The position numbers and the translations under genes were made by a program. Positions 60,498-64,000 of a stretch of DNA of 64,000 nt are shown here, piece by piece. Below the pieces are notes generated by a model. The model searched no databases. It had not been told where the DNA came from and was given only the letters and a program-made list of their open reading frames with translations. The first letter of the stretch is position 1. Each line of letters begins with the position of its first letter. This DNA comes from Spirochaetia bacterium (GTDB lineage: Bacteria > Spirochaetota > Spirochaetia > CAKZLE01): contig OY782041.1 of NCBI GenBank assembly GCA_963677595.1, positions 3,072,001 to 3,136,000 on the forward strand. The letters run 5' to 3'.

Positions 60498-61740
60498 GCT
60501 GCTGAGACAGATACGATTCGGTGAAGACTCCTCACTGGAGTTGAAGGATTTGAGATATAAAGGGCAGCAAGTCAATGAACCCCACCGAAACAGTATGGCA
60601 GATGAATTAGCCGCAATGGCAAATACTGCCAATGGGGTATTCGTGCTCGGGGTAGATGACAAGTCAAAAACGGTTGTTGGAATCCCCGTGGACAAATTAG
60701 ATATCGTGGAAACCTGGGTACGAGGCATATGCAACGATCTAATCACACCACAGCTGTTTTGCAGGATTCAGAAGATACCTGTTATAACTGAAGATAGTGT
60801 AGAGCGTGTTATTATCAGGATCGACGTACCCAGAAGTTTGTTTGTGCACCAGAGTCCTAGTGGGTATTTTCACCGAATAGGAAGCTCAAAACGGCAGATG
60901 ACCCCTGAGATCCTGGCCAGGCTCTTTCAGCAGCGTAGCCAGGCGAGGATCATTCGCTTTGATGAACAGTCGGTTACTACAGCTCCTCGGGAATCTCTTG
61001 ATAGCATACTATGGGAGAAATTCAGAACTCCGCTCTCTCCCAAGGAGGATGAAGAATTCCTCCTCAAGCTGAAGCTCCTTACTCATGATGAAGACAGCAA
61101 GATCTGTCCCAGTGTTGGAGGACTGCTGATGACCTGCCAGCACCCTGAAGAATATATAACCAATGCATTCATTCAGGTGGTTGCCTATAGGGGAAGAGAG
61201 AGGAATGCCTCGTATCAATTGGATGCGAAGAACGTGACAGGACCGCTGGATAAGCAGATTGCAGATGCCTATGCATTCGTTGAACGAAATATGAGGGTGT
61301 ATGCGGTGAAAGAACCCGCAAGAAGGGACATCCCGCAGTACGCGATGCAGGCCGTTTTCGAGGCATTAGTAAATGCCGTAGCACATAGGGATTATTCTAT
61401 TCAAGGATCAAAGATCCGGCTCCATATGTTTTCTGATCGCCTTGAAATCTTCTCCCCGGGGACTATTCCTAATACGATGACAATCGAAAGTCTTTCCCTG
61501 CGTCAAGCAAATCGGAACGAACTTCTTACTAGTCTGCTAGCCCGTTGTCCTTTACCCTCGGTAAGCATGTCTAGTGATCGTAGATTCCTCATGGACCGAA
61601 GGGGAGAAGGTGTTCCCATCATTCTGTCTGAGAGCGAGAAACTTTCGGGAAGTCTTCCGGAATATCGCCTGATCGATGATAGTGAACTTATGCTGACTAT
61701 ATATGCCGCGAATTCCCCAGCACTCGAAGAGATATCTTGA
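60475..61740 (+). CDS. AlbA_2 (Schlafen-like) domain + HATPase_c_4 domain protein
   Basis: GEDSSLELK, AAMAN..NGVFVLGVDD, EALVNAVAHRDY, RLEIFSPG, RN..L, G.GV; overlaps the end of the upstream gene. Confidence 0.85.
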   Translation: MMFETTAELLRQIRFGEDSSLELKDLRYKGQQVNEPHRNSMADELAAMANTANGVFVLGVDDKSKTVVGIPVDKLDIVETWVRGICNDLITPQLFCRIQKIPVITEDSVERVIIRIDVPRSLFVHQSPSGYFHRIGSSKRQMTPEILARLFQQRSQARIIRFDEQSVTTAPRESLDSILWEKFRTPLSPKEDEEFLLKLKLLTHDEDSKICPSVGGLLMTCQHPEEYITNAFIQVVAYRGRERNASYQLDAKNVTGPLDKQIADAYAFVERNMRVYAVKEPARRDIPQYAMQAVFEALVNAVAHRDYSIQGSKIRLHMFSDRLEIFSPGTIPNTMTIESLSLRQANRNELLTSLLARCPLPSVSMSSDRRFLMDRRGEGVPIILSESEKLSGSLPEYRLIDDSELMLTIYAANSPALEEIS

Positions 61741-62010
61741 CACAGAGGGGGCTACGTCCCTCGTTCGTTCTGAAGGTATAATATCAATATGGTTGCCCAT
61801 AAAAAACCAGCTGGATACCGAATATAGTGGGAGTGAACGTCTTCTTGGGAACTGCCGTCAATAAGACGGGGGACCTGCAGGAAGGTGAGGGATGCCTGGT
61901 GAACGAATTGTTTAGGGATCCCGGTGGAATCGGCCTCCTGACAGGAGACCGGCTTCACAGGGAATACTTCATGCTGAACTACATCAGACCTCTCCTCATT
62001 CCTTTCGAAT

Positions 62011-63526
62011 CTAGGTCATATTCTTCGGATTCACATTCCTTCCCGTCCAGCCCTGACCTCGTGCCCAATCCTTCATAAAAGCTGCTTCGTCTCTATCATC
62101 TCCATGGATCGTTTGGAGCATTCTCATATAGCCAGACATGCCCCCACAGTCATCAAGCACATTCAGGCCATCTTTTGCGATACAGATCGGTTTGCGATCG
62201 GCAATCACTCGAGCTGCAGTCTCATCTTCCACGGCCTGGGTATCGTTCCCAAACTCCCTAATGAGTGAGATCTCAACCTCCCATCCATCACCATAGTCAT
62301 AACTATAGGTAAGTTCAGTTGAGATCGGCATGATTCTCTTCGGTTCAGCCTGTTTCTGAAGACGCTCCATCTGCACCAAAGCACGATTGCATGCAGCCCT
62401 ATCATAATTCGCTGCCGTGAGTGCTTGGTCGCGATACTGCCGGTATTGTTGGATCAAGCCCGTATCAACAGCCAGGGCGTCAGCCTTTGCCGACTCGATA
62501 GCCTTGGGCTGCAATGAGAGGATCTCATGCATGCGAAGGCTCTCTTTGAGCACATCAGGCATCCCCTCATCGAACGTGACGGCATCCAGTAACTCCTGCA
62601 GCGTTGCCTCCTCGAATCGGACATCCCGGGGTTCTACTTCAGTCACCGGCCATAACGGCTGCACATGCAGGATCGGAAAACGCTCTGCAAATTGATGAAT
62701 CTCGACCTGGTTCTCTATCCAATACTCACTATACCCACCATATGCGTACGGTCTCAGATACTTCGATCGCATCCAGGTCCTTGGACTCTTTGATTCGTCA
62801 TAGTCGTCATCCCAGAAAGCATCAGCGAATGTAATGTTCGGGAACTGCAGGTAATACCCGAATACCGGTGCGATATCGAGAAGCTTTCCCTCCGTCAGTA
62901 CCTGATACAAAGGAAGCGGCAGTTGGAAGCTGTGCAGGTGGCTGTTCGTCCAACCGAAGACCATGTTGATCAGGTAATGAAGCTGATGCAGGACTAATGA
63001 AGAGGGGACCATGATGTCCCGGGAGATGGACTTCTTGACACCCCCGTATGTAGTAAGGACCTTTGCTTCCTCAGCCGACATGGAGTTAAGTTGGCTCCCA
63101 CGCAGTTCCAGATGGAGGTGCATCGCATACGGGGAGCTCTTCTCTTTCTGGGTTGGTATCCCTTCCGAAATACCGGAAGCATCTCGTACCGGCTGCTCCC
63201 GATTACGACTTCGCTTCGCATGCCTGCGATTTCGCTCGCGATACTTCTCGCTTCTTACTGCCGTGTCTGTCTTCCCCGGTTCATCATACAACCCCCTCTC
63301 ATACGGCCGATAGTTCTGAACCATCGTTGTGCTGATCTGCAGGGCCTCCGCGATCTCTGATGTCGTCATTCCCTGAACAGCCAGTTCCTGGATTTGCAGG
63401 GATCGCGGACTTGACCACAATCCTATGGTGATGAGTATCTTTCTCACCTTCGTCGTAGATATCTCCGTCTGCAGTGAAGTCTCACTGATAGACTCGGTTC
63501 TTGTATACACACTCACTACCTTCTCA
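62011..63526 (-). pseudogene. HTH + pRiA4b ORF3-like (IS1096 TnpR-like) protein, 5'-truncated by IS insertion
   Basis: KVRKILIT and EIAEALQIS..MVQNY.PY HTH-like segments; LHQLH..I...FGW.NSHLH.F, Y.YDYGDGW, DDCGG..GY; the first ~27 codons of the listed ORF lie inside the IS end. Confidence 0.75.
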
Positions 63527-64000
63527 CCTGAGTTTTGCAACCAATTTTGGTACAAACCCTGAATCAGGATTTTCTCTTCTTCTTTGGACGTGATACCGGT
63601 CGGCAATGGGGAGGTATTTCGAAACCGAAGGCGTCGAATATATCAACCTGCATGCCAACGAATTCGGTAATGATCTTCGCTCTCTTTGGGTGTCGGATAA
63701 GACGAATACCCCGCATCTCCTCAACCATATGCTTCCTTGTCGGGAAGCGTTTATTCAGTTGCGGGTTGTTGACATAAACGCGATGTATGGCTGCATTGAT
63801 CGTGAGGGTAATGAACTGGATCAGCATTCTCCCATCTGTACTTGGTTCGGTGCTGGTACGTAATCGCCTTCCATTCTGTTCGCTTTTCACAAACATGAAG
63901 GACTTCTCCTGTTCATCCCTCATTCTGTAGCGATCAAGGACATAGGTAAGAGGATACTCCTTCTTCTTCACGCGTGAACACAGAATGGCAAAGTATCCGG
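63527..64000 (-). mobile_element. IS1634-like element, 3' end (extends beyond the window)
   Basis: End sequence CCTGAGTTTTGCAACCAATTTTGGTAC resembles the IR of the 46336 element. Confidence 0.75.
63564..64000 (-). CDS. IS1634-like transposase C-terminus (partial)
   Basis: GYFAI...Y.MRDEQEK.F..VKS, IT.FVG.Q..I..AFGFEIPP, homologous to 46455-48236. Confidence 0.88.
   Translation of the reverse strand, partial: GYFAILCSRVKKKEYPLTYVLDRYRMRDEQEKSFMFVKSEQNGRRLRTSTEPSTDGRMLIQFITLTINAAIHRVYVNNPQLNKRFPTRKHMVEEMRGIRLIRHPKRAKIITEFVGMQVDIFDAFGFEIPPHCRPVSRPKKKRKS

Noticed and set aside
1-64000. tRNA, rRNA or known riboswitch genes
   Set aside because: None recognised by eye; an Rfam/tRNAscan search would be needed to exclude them formally.

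Overview
Bacterial chromosomal window, probably from a spirochaete (Sphaerochaeta-like; inferred from the 'VFAAGQQE' signal of the sugar-binding protein and the gene repertoire). From left to right: (1) 1-9.4 kb, a sugar-acid/pentose-phosphate module (DegT aminotransferase, NagB-like, gnd, LarA-family epimerase, HAD, DeoR, PfkA-family kinase, UxuB-like reductase). (2) 9.7-21.5 kb, a GC-rich sulfated-glycan utilisation locus (three sulfatases, two-component system, GH127-like glycosidase, ABC transporter). (3) 21.6-24.6 kb, a BspA/DUF285 repeat lipoprotein flanked by two copies of a degenerate non-coding repeat. (4) 25.0-30.0 kb, the most unusual part. A frameshifted Asp/Glu-racemase-like gene lacking both catalytic cysteines is followed by about 4.1 kb of mostly non-coding, densely structured sequence. 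This holds 13 co-oriented hairpins with a conserved, covarying GC stem, 29-43 nt variable loops and a 3' pyrimidine tail, six copies of a second 17-nt palindrome, and three divergent ~110-aa helical ORFs. (5) 30.9-56.9 kb, a mostly AT-rich Wzx/Wzy polysaccharide locus (PglF-like, Wzi-like, GTs, rmlACBD, cytidylyltransferase + aldolase + KdgK-like kinase) carrying four IS elements. (6) 57.7-64 kb, a Ppl/TrlF-like PHP-ATPase coupled to an AlbA_2/Schlafen-like gene (likely defence), then a pRiA4b ORF3-like gene truncated by an IS1634-like element that runs off the window. No tRNA, rRNA or CRISPR array was seen. All assignments come from motif recognition by eye; no database searches were run.
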